From Candidatus Fokinia solitaria (GTDB taxonomy: Bacteria; Pseudomonadota; Alphaproteobacteria; Rickettsiales; Midichloriaceae): a stretch of 32,000 nucleotides of DNA. Each line of letters opens with the position of its first letter. The stretch's first letter is position 1. The stretch covers positions 750,001-782,000 of the forward strand of contig NZ_CP025989.1 of NCBI RefSeq assembly GCF_003072485.1, written 5' to 3'. The notes under the pieces were generated by a model. The model made no database searches, was not told the origin of the DNA, and saw only the letters and a list, made by a program, of their open reading frames with translations. The translations under genes and the position numbers were made by a program. Shown here piece after piece: positions 10,174 through 19,524 of the stretch.

Positions 10174-11385
10174 TTAATATTCACTAACTGCCTTACGCTT
10201 CTTTATTAGGGAAAATACTTTATCTAAGTACAGTATAAAAATGTTATTTGCAAAAACACTACACGCAGTAATCAAAGGATCTAGTACTATATATAGCATA
10301 GTAATCATCATGCTTAGTGTTTCATCAAAACAAAGATAATGCTCTAGTACTGGTATCATCACAATAATAGTACCGCCAGGCACTCCTGCGCCAGAAAACT
10401 TCGTTAAAACAAACCATACAGTGAAAAGCATATAACTGAAACACGATGGCATTATAGCGCCATTTGCTGATAATATTGCAATAGCTAAAAGCGGTATGAA
10501 TACAGCATCTCCAACCATATGAGTAGTAACAGTTGCATTAGCAGAAGCGATGCACAATTCCTTATTACGAGTGCCATTTTCTACATTTCTTATTGTAAAT
10601 GGCAAAGCGGCTAGACTAGACATTGTACAAAATGCAGTTATCGCGGGCATAATCGTACCTGCTAGATTTTTCTTCCAGTTTCTTAATGAGTTCAATAATA
10701 AGGTACCTCCAAACATGACAAGCAAATAACAAGTAATACTGATACCACTTACTACAAGAAATTTTCCACTAAAACGCACCAAATTATAAAATGTTTTTTC
10801 ATATACCAATTTCATAACGAATCCACCGACGAACAGCGGTAATAACTGAAAAAATACGTTACGCAAAAAGAATAAACATGCTTTCCCCATGTAAGTAATT
10901 ACTCGAACAATAAGAGTATTTAAAATGATATACCATTTTCTTTTTATACTTAATTTTCCGAAACAGACGCATAAAATACTTAATAAAAAAGCAGTGCCAT
11001 TGGAGATAGTACACATCATAGGTACTATAAATGCCGGTCTTAAAGATTCGTTACTCGATATTTCTTGCAATACATCACCAGCACTAGAGGTAAAAAATGA
11101 ATACCCTATAACACCGGAAAACGTTACTGCCAAGAAGTTGGATGTCACTATAGCAAGCAATATTATAAAAATAAAAGTAATGCTTTCAGCGGCTATTTTG
11201 GAAAAAGCTTTGTAAATGGAAGAAAATATCACAAAAGGTATCGTACTCATTAAGATATTTTTAAGAGTCATACTAATACCAAGCAACGTCTCTTTCCAAC
11301 TTAGAGGGATCGTGCTTTCATATACCGTTATCGCGACACACAACAGGATAGTTGCAAAAATCGGAAAAAACTTCAAAAACAACAT
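10174..11385 (-). CDS. Dicarboxylate/amino acid:cation symporter (DAACS) family transporter, copy 1
   Basis: About 8-9 hydrophobic segments; FSGAGVPGGTIIVMIPVLEH and ATVTTHMVGDAVFIPLLAIAI resemble the GltP/GltPh HP2-TM8 region, and ...DPLITACSVFANNIFILYLDKV the C-terminal core. Confidence 0.8.
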   Translation of the reverse strand: MLFLKFFPIFATILLCVAITVYESTIPLSWKETLLGISMTLKNILMSTIPFVIFSSIYKAFSKIAAESITFIFIILLAIVTSNFLAVTFSGVIGYSFFTSSAGDVLQEISSNESLRPAFIVPMMCTISNGTAFLLSILCVCFGKLSIKRKWYIILNTLIVRVITYMGKACLFFLRNVFFQLLPLFVGGFVMKLVYEKTFYNLVRFSGKFLVVSGISITCYLLVMFGGTLLLNSLRNWKKNLAGTIMPAITAFCTMSSLAALPFTIRNVENGTRNKELCIASANATVTTHMVGDAVFIPLLAIAILSANGAIMPSCFSYMLFTVWFVLTKFSGAGVPGGTIIVMIPVLEHYLCFDETLSMMITMLYIVLDPLITACSVFANNIFILYLDKVFSLIKKRKAVSEY

Positions 11386-11464
11386 ATGGCAAATATCATA
11401 TAAAACATTATGATGAATATTCTAGATAATCTAAATTTCTAAAGCACTGTAGTCTATCTGCTTT

Positions 11465-11815
11465 TTGAATCTATTTTTCAATATGATATCCATTATTTAT
11501 ACTACCTTTCAAACAACACATGATGCAAAAGAGATTGCAATGAAGATATTGCATGAAAAACTTGCCTTCTGCGTTAATCTAATACCAGGTGCTCAGTCTT
11601 TTTATCTCTCTGAAGGTAAAATGCAAAATATTGAAGAAGTAGTACTTCTTATAAAAACCGTAGAGAAATGCGAGGACAATCTTATGAAATTCATTTCCGT
11701 ACATCATCCTTATGACATTCCATTTATAGCGAAAATAGCATCAATCCCTAAAGATAAGTGCAATGATTTATACGTAAATTGGCTTCAAACATCAGAACAA
11801 CATAACTTCTCTTAA
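11465..11815 (+). CDS. cutA: Divalent-cation tolerance protein CutA
   Basis: IYTTFQTTHDAKEIAMKILHEKLAFCVNLIPGAQSFYLSEGKMQNIEEVVLLIKT and FISVHHPYDIPFI match the CutA1 fold pattern (A..A..L...LaaCvn..pg..S.Y.WeGk; HPY..P). Actual start may be the internal ATG encoding MISIIYTT. Confidence 0.88.
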   Translation: MNLFFNMISIIYTTFQTTHDAKEIAMKILHEKLAFCVNLIPGAQSFYLSEGKMQNIEEVVLLIKTVEKCEDNLMKFISVHHPYDIPFIAKIASIPKDKCNDLYVNWLQTSEQHNFS

Positions 11816-11836
11816 TTTGTATCAATTACTATAACG

Positions 11837-12445
11837 ATGAAAGCAACACATCCATTTAATGAGACCATCGCCCTTATGCGAAGATTACCAACATTCGGTA
11901 ATAGATCTGCGCAAAGAGTACTTTTACATCTCACAGAAAACAAAAAGCTACTCAAAGAAATGATTTCTGCACTGCACATCATAGATGAGAACGCGCAAAG
12001 ATGTGATATATGCTGCAATATTGATGTAGAAAATCCATGTTATATATGCAGAGATGAACGGAGAAGTGATGCGATAATATGCATAGTACAGGACGTTAAT
12101 GCTCTCTGGGCTATGGAAAAAGCACACGCTTTTAAAGGAAAGTACCATGTCTTAGGAGGATTATTATCGGCAATTAATAACGTTACTCCTGCATCATTAC
12201 CGATAGAACAATTGCTTCATAGAATCGCTGATAAATCGGTAAAAGAGATAATAATTGGTATAGGTGCAACACTAGATGGACAGGTCACTTCGCATTATAT
12301 ATCGAATACTATAAGTAAGAATAATCAGGATATTAAAATATCGAAAATCGCATTCGGCATACCAATGGGAGGAGACTTGGATTATATGGATGAAAGTACT
12401 TTGAAAGTAGCATTGGAAATGCGCACAAACATAACATCGGTATAA
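11837..12445 (+). CDS. recR: Recombination mediator protein RecR
   Basis: LPTFGNRSAQRVLLHL, zinc finger CDICCNIDVENPCYIC, TOPRIM region IICIVQDVNALWAMEKAHAFKGKYHVLGGLLSAINNVTP, IKEIIIGIGATLDGQVTSHYI. Confidence 0.97.
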   Translation: MKATHPFNETIALMRRLPTFGNRSAQRVLLHLTENKKLLKEMISALHIIDENAQRCDICCNIDVENPCYICRDERRSDAIICIVQDVNALWAMEKAHAFKGKYHVLGGLLSAINNVTPASLPIEQLLHRIADKSVKEIIIGIGATLDGQVTSHYISNTISKNNQDIKISKIAFGIPMGGDLDYMDESTLKVALEMRTNITSV

Positions 12446-12449
12446 ATAT

Positions 12450-14057
12450 ATGAGAAATAGAATAAATTACATAAGATATATAATATGCTTTACTGCTGGC
12501 ATATTACTGATACTCGGATTTGCACCATACTATTCTCTTACAAGTACTCCATTAAGTTTTTTCACGCTCTTTTGCTGCGTTTATTTTTACGATCGAAGCT
12601 GCATCGAGGCATTTAAAAGTGGCTTCTTTTTCAACTTAGGATATCTATACATCAGTCTATCGTGGATAAAAGAACCGCCATTCTTAGCAATACCGGAACA
12701 AAAATTGATATGCTATTTACTTGCTGCCGGATTATTTACAATAGCTATTCCTGCATTAGCCTTATTTCAAGGGCTATGTACCGCTACCTTTTACTATTTT
12801 GAGAGACGTGTAACGAAAGATTCTAAACAAATAACAATTAGCGCGATAGCAACATTCAGCCTTCTATCAGTAGCGTTTGAAGATCTCAGACACTTTATTT
12901 GCGTAAAATTTCCGTGGAATCCGATTAGTCATACTCTACTAGGTAATAGACTTCTTAGACAATTTCTCTCATCGGTAGGAAGTTGGGGAAGTGGATTATT
13001 AGTGATATTTTTCTCAATTTTTATACCAGCTTTGCTTTTCGGCTTGCTTAATAAAAAAGAGAGTAAAGCATGCATGCTCATAATAGGATTGCTAATTTCA
13101 TCACTCTTATTGAATCATGCAGGTATATCGCAATATGAAGAAAATCATACTAATTTACTTCAAAATGCTAAGATCCACATTATACAACTAAATAATCGTA
13201 AAGGCGTTAATGTATCAAATTATGAGTTATTGTATAAATTCAATAGCGCAATACACGCGGCACTGAAAAATAATACCGACAATCATAATATTGTTATTTT
13301 CTCTGAAAGCGCTTTCCCTTTCTTGCTATCGAAAGATACACCATTTCTAGAATGTATGGAATATCTGCAAAATAAATTCGATCTAATAGTTGGTGCAGAT
13401 ACGTATATAAAATACCAAAAAGATCAGCATATACGGTATATGCATTACAATTCTATGATATATGCAAATCATTTAGGCAGAATCAAAACAATATATGATA
13501 AGCGCACTCTTGTGCCATTTGGAGAGTATAATCCGCTAAAATTCATGCTACAGTCCGTATATCCTCTTGTATCCATAAACATTGAAGAATACACAGTAGG
13601 CACTAGCAGTAGTCGAATCGTTATGGAAAGAGGTAATATAAGAGTCGCACCGTATATATGTTATGAAATCATTTTTGATCGCTACTACCTCAATAATACT
13701 AAAGGAGATGAAGACGTCATATTAAACATCACAAACGACATATGGTGTTCTGGCACTATCGGAATGCAACAACATTTTTCACATGCAATAGCTAGAGCTT
13801 TAGAATATGGAAAATCTGTAATCAGAGTATCCAATAATGGCATTAGCGGCATTATCAATCCGCTAGGAGACGTAATAAAAGAAACTGAAATAGATAAAGA
13901 ATGCACAATTTCTACCGATTTTATACCACCTACAAGAGATACTTTATATCCACAAATCGCATACCTTCTCAGAATAAGCTTATATACTCTTTTAGCACTT
14001 AGATTGCTTACATATTCTTCTAAAATTCGCTATACGATGGCGAAATTGTACAAGTAG
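12450..14057 (+). CDS. lnt: Apolipoprotein N-acyltransferase
   Basis: Several N-terminal TM segments, then a CN-hydrolase domain: IVIFSESAFPF (Glu), YDKRTLVPFGEYNP (Lys), APYICYEIIF (Cys). Confidence 0.94.
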   Translation: MRNRINYIRYIICFTAGILLILGFAPYYSLTSTPLSFFTLFCCVYFYDRSCIEAFKSGFFFNLGYLYISLSWIKEPPFLAIPEQKLICYLLAAGLFTIAIPALALFQGLCTATFYYFERRVTKDSKQITISAIATFSLLSVAFEDLRHFICVKFPWNPISHTLLGNRLLRQFLSSVGSWGSGLLVIFFSIFIPALLFGLLNKKESKACMLIIGLLISSLLLNHAGISQYEENHTNLLQNAKIHIIQLNNRKGVNVSNYELLYKFNSAIHAALKNNTDNHNIVIFSESAFPFLLSKDTPFLECMEYLQNKFDLIVGADTYIKYQKDQHIRYMHYNSMIYANHLGRIKTIYDKRTLVPFGEYNPLKFMLQSVYPLVSINIEEYTVGTSSSRIVMERGNIRVAPYICYEIIFDRYYLNNTKGDEDVILNITNDIWCSGTIGMQQHFSHAIARALEYGKSVIRVSNNGISGIINPLGDVIKETEIDKECTISTDFIPPTRDTLYPQIAYLLRISLYTLLALRLLTYSSKIRYTMAKLYK

Positions 14058-15114
14058 CTAGTTTTAGCATATCGTCTCTTAGTTGCGCTTTTATTATCAA
14101 GTGTTGATGAGTAATCGGATGTACGAAAGATATCGCTTTTGAGTGTAAAAGCTGTCTTCTTACTCTTGTTAATTCATTGATCGTCTCATCTATTATTTCT
14201 GTAGCATTCATATCACTCATATCACTTTTATTCGCGCACTTCTGTAGTTTCATAATAAGGTGCTTTATACATCTCTCCTTTGAGTATATGAGATCTCCTA
14301 TAATAGGATGTCCATGCTCACTCATATGCACTCTAATTTGATGCGTACGACCCGTTTCTAATTCACATTCAATCGCACTCAGTACATCAAATATACTTCC
14401 TAATAGCCGATAATTTGTAACAGCGTATTTTCCACTTTCATCATCTGTACTTTTCATCTTTACACTACTTGCACATCTATCTTTCGCAATATAACTCGTA
14501 AGTTTCATTACTGGAGGAATCGGCATACCATGAACAAAACATATGTACTTTCTCCTTACTTCTTTATTCTGTATTTTATCGGAAATTTTATTATGAAATA
14601 CTTCTGTCTTGGCAATAAGCATTACTCCGCTTGTATCTTTATCCAAGCGATGCACTATACCTGCACGAAAAGACTCATTAAAAGATAATTGCAAATCTGC
14701 AACATGAGATAATATATCAGTTAGAGTAATAAGCTTGGAAGTTCCAGCACCATGATGCACTACAAGGTTAGCTGGTTTATCTATAGCAAGAAAATGTTCA
14801 TCTTCATAAAGCAGCCGTATATCATATTCTGCAAAAACATCATTTATACTTTTCTTTGCAGTGACTATATTTGCAGCGTAATCTTTTGCCGTAAAAGAAA
14901 TTTGTATTACATCGTTTTTTCTAACTCTGTAAGATGATTTGAGAATGACGCTCTCATTACATGATACACATCCATATGCAATTAGATTCTGTACTGAATT
15001 TCTCGAATAGAGAACATTATCATATGCCGAAAGTGCTTCAATATTGTGAAATATAAATGTATCAATCCTCTCTCCAACACTGTCGTCATCCACACATAAT
15101 CTACATACACTCAT
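14020..15114 (-). CDS. RluC/RluD family 23S rRNA pseudouridine synthase
   Basis: S4-like N-terminal region, LLYEDEHFLAIDKPANLVVHHG, FRAGIVHRLDKDTSGVMLIAKT (catalytic HRLDxxTSG), ELETGRTHQIRVHMSEHGHPIIGDLIY. Overlaps the 3' end of lnt by 38 bp (convergent). Confidence 0.95.
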   Translation of the reverse strand: MSVCRLCVDDDSVGERIDTFIFHNIEALSAYDNVLYSRNSVQNLIAYGCVSCNESVILKSSYRVRKNDVIQISFTAKDYAANIVTAKKSINDVFAEYDIRLLYEDEHFLAIDKPANLVVHHGAGTSKLITLTDILSHVADLQLSFNESFRAGIVHRLDKDTSGVMLIAKTEVFHNKISDKIQNKEVRRKYICFVHGMPIPPVMKLTSYIAKDRCASSVKMKSTDDESGKYAVTNYRLLGSIFDVLSAIECELETGRTHQIRVHMSEHGHPIIGDLIYSKERCIKHLIMKLQKCANKSDMSDMNATEIIDETINELTRVRRQLLHSKAISFVHPITHQHLIIKAQLRDDMLKLATCTISPSYSEF

Positions 15115-15117
15115 CTA

Positions 15118-16689
15118 CTAAATCGATTCAAGCTTATATTGCACTCTTTGCTTACCAAGCGCTACAAGGATCTTCCATACTTCAGGGCCAACTTCTCTTC
15201 CTATTAAAGCATGTCTGAACGCTTTGAAAAACTTCATTTTATCCAAACCTACAGCATCTTTTAACTCATGTGTGAATACTTTTGCTTTCTCCTCATCAAA
15301 AGACTCATACTTCTGCATTAATGCCAATGCTTTATCCGCGAATTCTTTATCGATAGAAGATAGTTGTGATTCTGCACTTCCATACAGCGCTACTAGCCAT
15401 TCATATACATCCGGAAATGTATTAACTTCTTCTCTCACAATTCTCCATAGCATATCATTATCACTCTCTACTTTTTCAACTAAAGCATGATTCTGTACAC
15501 TTCTTTCAATACCATTTTTCATACACATATCATGATATTCTCGGAAAGCTTGTATAAAAACATCATTACTCATGTTGCGAAATAAAGCAGCATTTAGAGA
15601 TATAAGATTACTTTTGTCATAACAAACATTACTTTTATTATAACATTCTATACCAAAATCATTAATCAACTCATTCAATGACATAGAAGTATCTATCGTC
15701 ATTGAAGTATTAATCTTTGCTAAGAAACTATTTATAGCCATCGGATGAATGCCATCCTCTCTTAAACCTTTTATATCAAATCCTCCAAGACGTTTCGAAA
15801 TCTCAGCATCATGTCCATAAAATAATGAAAGATGTGCAAAAACTGGAATATCTTTGTTTTTTCTTCCGTCATTGAAAGACTGAAAGTCTTCTTGCGGTCT
15901 ATACCTACAATCTACTTCTTTGAATTTCGATAAACTACCTTCTTGCTGCTTCAGTAAGCAAAACTTTCTATGCTTCAACATCACGTCATCGGTAATTCTG
16001 CTCTCTTCTTTCCTTTCAATCGCACCTAATGCCTTAAACAACAGTATTTGAAAAGCGGTATTGGTCAGATGATCTTCTCCTCTAATGATATGAGTCACTC
16101 CATAATCGTAGTCGTCTACGACTGATGCAAAATTATATAGCGGGTGCTGATCTGCAGTCATCACTATTGGATCACTCAAAGAATTACTAGGAACGGAAAT
16201 TTCACCTTTTATTTCATCCATCCAGGTGATTTCGATATCATCTGGTATCTTGAAACGAAAGTAACATTTTCTACCAGCAGCTTCAAATTCACTTCTCTGT
16301 TCATCAGTGAGATACAGCGATTCTCTATCGTAGATTGGTGGCTTCTTCTCTATTAAATTTCTCTCTTTCTTAGCCTGTAACTCACTCTTAGTTTCATAAC
16401 ACTTGTACAGGAAGCCACTTGCATACAACATCTGCACAACTTCTTGATATCTACTTCTCCGCGAAGTCTGAGTAAATTTATAATCCCAATCTATGCCAAG
16501 CCAAGACAAATCAGTAATTATTTGTTCAGTATAACGCTCCTCTGAGCGAGTAACGTCCAAATCATCAATCCTTAGCAACATATACCCCTTATGCGAACGC
16601 GCAAACAGCCAGGTAATTAGCGCAGCACGCGCATTTCCAACATGTATGTAGCCCGTTGGAGACGGTGCAAATCTTACAACTACTGCCAC
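15118..16689 (-). CDS. gltX: Glutamate--tRNA ligase
   Basis: RFAPSPTGYIHVGNARAAL (HIGH motif), RGEDHLTNTAFQ, EISKRLGG (KMSKS-like), LREDGIHPMAINSFLA. Contains an unusual insert upstream of the KMSKS region (see findings). Confidence 0.96.
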   Translation of the reverse strand: MAVVVRFAPSPTGYIHVGNARAALITWLFARSHKGYMLLRIDDLDVTRSEERYTEQIITDLSWLGIDWDYKFTQTSRRSRYQEVVQMLYASGFLYKCYETKSELQAKKERNLIEKKPPIYDRESLYLTDEQRSEFEAAGRKCYFRFKIPDDIEITWMDEIKGEISVPSNSLSDPIVMTADQHPLYNFASVVDDYDYGVTHIIRGEDHLTNTAFQILLFKALGAIERKEESRITDDVMLKHRKFCLLKQQEGSLSKFKEVDCRYRPQEDFQSFNDGRKNKDIPVFAHLSLFYGHDAEISKRLGGFDIKGLREDGIHPMAINSFLAKINTSMTIDTSMSLNELINDFGIECYNKSNVCYDKSNLISLNAALFRNMSNDVFIQAFREYHDMCMKNGIERSVQNHALVEKVESDNDMLWRIVREEVNTFPDVYEWLVALYGSAESQLSSIDKEFADKALALMQKYESFDEEKAKVFTHELKDAVGLDKMKFFKAFRHALIGREVGPEVWKILVALGKQRVQYKLESI

Positions 16690-16751
16690 TAGAAATGAAT
16701 CTCAAACAAAAAGTATTTACCTATCATGATAGCACCATCATTTTTCATGTT

Positions 16752-17636
16752 CTACATCTTTTTCACCACAAACTTATTACTCTTCCGCATCATTCCAATT
16801 TTCTCCTGACAGCCAATAATATCTAATTCCCCTCTTTTCTTTTGAAAGGTATTTTCTGTAATTTCAAAAATACTATTTGTAGCATTTTCTAGCGCAGCTA
16901 CTGCGTCTTTCGTGGTAATATAATGACTTGAAAATAAAGCCATGAAAACATCACCAAATCCACCTGGTACGCGCATATTGTGCATTGCGAAATCATACGA
17001 CTTGGTAGTGATCACAAAATACTCACTACCATTAAACATAAGATTTGATAATTCGTTACCTACATCATGTAAAATGCTTTTTATTATCACTAATCTTCGA
17101 CTATCTCTACTTTTCATTCCATTATACAAACGCACAGCAGCTTTCTTCGCGTCTTCCATATTTTCTATCTTCATTTCTGACAGCAATTCAGCTTCAAATT
17201 GATTAGGAGTAATTACATCGGCATATTTTAAAACATTCTTTTTAAAGAAGCTTACAACATCATCTTTAACAAATACTCCTCTTCCGACATCTCCCATTAC
17301 TGGATCCATAAATACAGGTATTTTCAATGAATTCTCTGCGGATTTTTCTATCATTTCAAGCAAGGCGTTGCCATTCATTTCAGAACCGATATACCCTGAT
17401 ACAACAGCATCGATATTTTGCCAAAATCCCATCGTCCATAAACCATCTAAAACAGTTTTTATATCTTCATGAGAAACGATTTTACCGAATGATTTTCCAT
17501 AGCCAGTATGATTAGTAAAATATACCGTATGTACTATAATTGTCTCCAAGAAATATCTTTGGAAAATGAAGGTAGCAGCGCTATTACCTGCATACCCGTA
17601 ACAGACGTGCGATTGAAACGACAATATCATGTGCAT
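16752..17636 (-). CDS. pdxY: Pyridoxal kinase (PdxY/PdxK type)
   Basis: ILSFQSHVCYGYAGNSAATF, TVYFTNHTGYG, VVSGYIGS, VFMDPVMGDVGRG, ADVITPNQFEAELLS, VPGGFGDVFMALF (catalytic Asp). Confidence 0.92.
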   Translation of the reverse strand: MHMILSFQSHVCYGYAGNSAATFIFQRYFLETIIVHTVYFTNHTGYGKSFGKIVSHEDIKTVLDGLWTMGFWQNIDAVVSGYIGSEMNGNALLEMIEKSAENSLKIPVFMDPVMGDVGRGVFVKDDVVSFFKKNVLKYADVITPNQFEAELLSEMKIENMEDAKKAAVRLYNGMKSRDSRRLVIIKSILHDVGNELSNLMFNGSEYFVITTKSYDFAMHNMRVPGGFGDVFMALFSSHYITTKDAVAALENATNSIFEITENTFQKKRGELDIIGCQEKIGMMRKSNKFVVKKM

Positions 17637-17702
17637 TTATATAATTTAAATTTTTATAAAAATAGTATAACCTGCCTCGTCTATAGTTAGTAACAAAGTA
17701 TA

Positions 17703-18851
17703 ATGAATAGAATATTTCAGCTAATCTTTTTCCTCACAATTATTTTTATAGTATTGGATGACGGAAAGCATATGTCGATACATCTCAAAGAGATGTTATA
17801 TACGATCAGCATAAATGCAAAAGAGATTATATTATTTGTATTACCATTTGGAGTAATCACCCTTTTTGTCAAAAATACTGCAAAAATAGGTATGAATATG
17901 ACAAGGCTTGTAGCGCTTACAATAGCATTCATTATATTATCAAACACTCTCAATACGCTTGCAGCATACATCTTCAAAGGCATGATAAACACCACATTCA
18001 TAGCTACAACGAATATTGGTAATGCTGAAAAATTGAATGTTCTTTATCGTATGACGTTACCAAGATTTATTCCTATAAGCTTAACGATAGTACTCGGCAT
18101 CGTTATAGGAATATTTGTCAAAAATAGAGGTGGTGATAAAATAATAGAACGATTAGATATCGCTTTAAAAGGCTTTTTCATCTTTATAAGATGTATGATC
18201 CCTCCTTACGTAATAGGCGCAATATCACAATTACAACATGATGGATTACTTACCACACTTTCGGCAAACTTTCCTAACGCAATAGTATTTCTACTCATTA
18301 CGTACGGTATATATTTGTCTGCGATAAGCGTGATATGTTTTAGAGATCCTGACGAACTGTTTCAATTCATAGGTAAAGTAATACCAATTGCGCTACTTGG
18401 AGGAATAAGCATGTGCAGCATGATAACATTACCAGCGTTACTACAAACTCTCAAAAAGAAGTACAACGCTTGCAATATTGCTGAAATAGCCACTCCAATA
18501 AGTATTAATAATCATCTTGTAGGAGATTGTATTACAATACCAATTATCAGTTTTATAGTAGGGAAAATGTATGGATTTCCACCAATAGATCTTTACTCAT
18601 ACATCGTTTTTACCATTTATTTCGTCATAACAAAATTCTCAGTATTGGCAATACCAGGCGGCGGTATCATAGTAATGTTACCAATTCTTCAGCATTGCTT
18701 CGGATATGGAGAGAGAGAACTCTCAACTATCACAGCGTTATACATATTGCTAGATTGTCTCATTACTTTCATTAATGTATTTGCTAATGCGATGTTTATG
18801 GTATTTTTAAATAGAATTGTTATAAGAACGGGTTGGAAAGAATTGCAGTGA
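17703..18851 (+). CDS. Dicarboxylate/amino acid:cation symporter (DAACS) family transporter, copy 2
   Basis: Multi-TM protein with CSMITLPALLQTL, ISINNHLVGDCITIPII, FSVLAIPGGGIIVMLPILQHCFG, similar in order and spacing to the 10174-11385 product and to GltP-type carriers. Confidence 0.8.
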   Translation: MNRIFQLIFFLTIIFIVLDDGKHMSIHLKEMLYTISINAKEIILFVLPFGVITLFVKNTAKIGMNMTRLVALTIAFIILSNTLNTLAAYIFKGMINTTFIATTNIGNAEKLNVLYRMTLPRFIPISLTIVLGIVIGIFVKNRGGDKIIERLDIALKGFFIFIRCMIPPYVIGAISQLQHDGLLTTLSANFPNAIVFLLITYGIYLSAISVICFRDPDELFQFIGKVIPIALLGGISMCSMITLPALLQTLKKKYNACNIAEIATPISINNHLVGDCITIPIISFIVGKMYGFPPIDLYSYIVFTIYFVITKFSVLAIPGGGIIVMLPILQHCFGYGERELSTITALYILLDCLITFINVFANAMFMVFLNRIVIRTGWKELQ

Positions 18852-19510
18852 GAGAAATAGTATTGGATGTCGAAACTTCAGGTCTAAATCCGGAGAATGG
18901 CGATAAGATAATAGAGATTGCATGCATCGAAGTTTTAGATCGTAAAACTATTGGGCAATCCTTTCATACGTATGTTAATCCTAACGTTACAATATCGGAG
19001 GAAGCTTTTAGAATTCATGGTATTTCAGCCGAATTTCTGAAACAGTACAAGGAATTTTCGAAGATCGCAGACGAATTTTTAGCTTTCATAGAAGATTCCG
19101 TACTAGTAATCCATAATGCAAAATTCGACATCAAATTTTTGAATCATGAACTTGGGCAGATGCCGAATAAAGTGCAATTGTCTTACGACAGAGTAATAGA
19201 CACACTACAAATCGCACGCGCAAAGTACCCCGGGGCGCAAAACTCCTTAGATGCTTTATGTAAAAGATTCTCCATCTCGCTAGATGAAAGAGAAAAGCAT
19301 GGCGCTCTTATAGACGTCACTCTCTTAGCACGTGTTTTTATGAACATGATGGCGCCAACGCAAAATGAAATTTTTCTTACGAGAACAGTGCGTCCGGAAA
19401 CATCTATTGATGCATATAACGTAACAGAAATTGCTCTTTCAGAAGAAGAAAAGCAAAAACATATCGCTTTAATAGAAAAATTGAACTTAAATCTTTGGCA
19501 AATAAAATAA
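18848..19510 (+). CDS. dnaQ: DnaQ-like 3'-5' exonuclease (DNA polymerase III epsilon subunit)
   Basis: REIVLDVETSGLNPENGDKIIEIACIEV (Exo I, DxE), LVIHNAKFDIKFLNHEL (Exo II), KHGALIDVTLLARVFMNM (Exo III HxxxxxD). GTG start at 18848 overlaps the upstream TGA; the track's TTG at 18833 is the alternative. Confidence 0.93.
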   Translation: MREIVLDVETSGLNPENGDKIIEIACIEVLDRKTIGQSFHTYVNPNVTISEEAFRIHGISAEFLKQYKEFSKIADEFLAFIEDSVLVIHNAKFDIKFLNHELGQMPNKVQLSYDRVIDTLQIARAKYPGAQNSLDALCKRFSISLDEREKHGALIDVTLLARVFMNMMAPTQNEIFLTRTVRPETSIDAYNVTEIALSEEEKQKHIALIEKLNLNLWQIK

Positions 19511-19524
19511 TTCTCATACTCAAT

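Noticed and set aside
14020-14057. Overlap of lnt and the pseudouridine synthase gene, considered as evidence of a frameshift or pseudogene
   Set aside because: A 38-bp convergent overlap of two intact ORFs is ordinary in compact genomes; both proteins have complete motifs.
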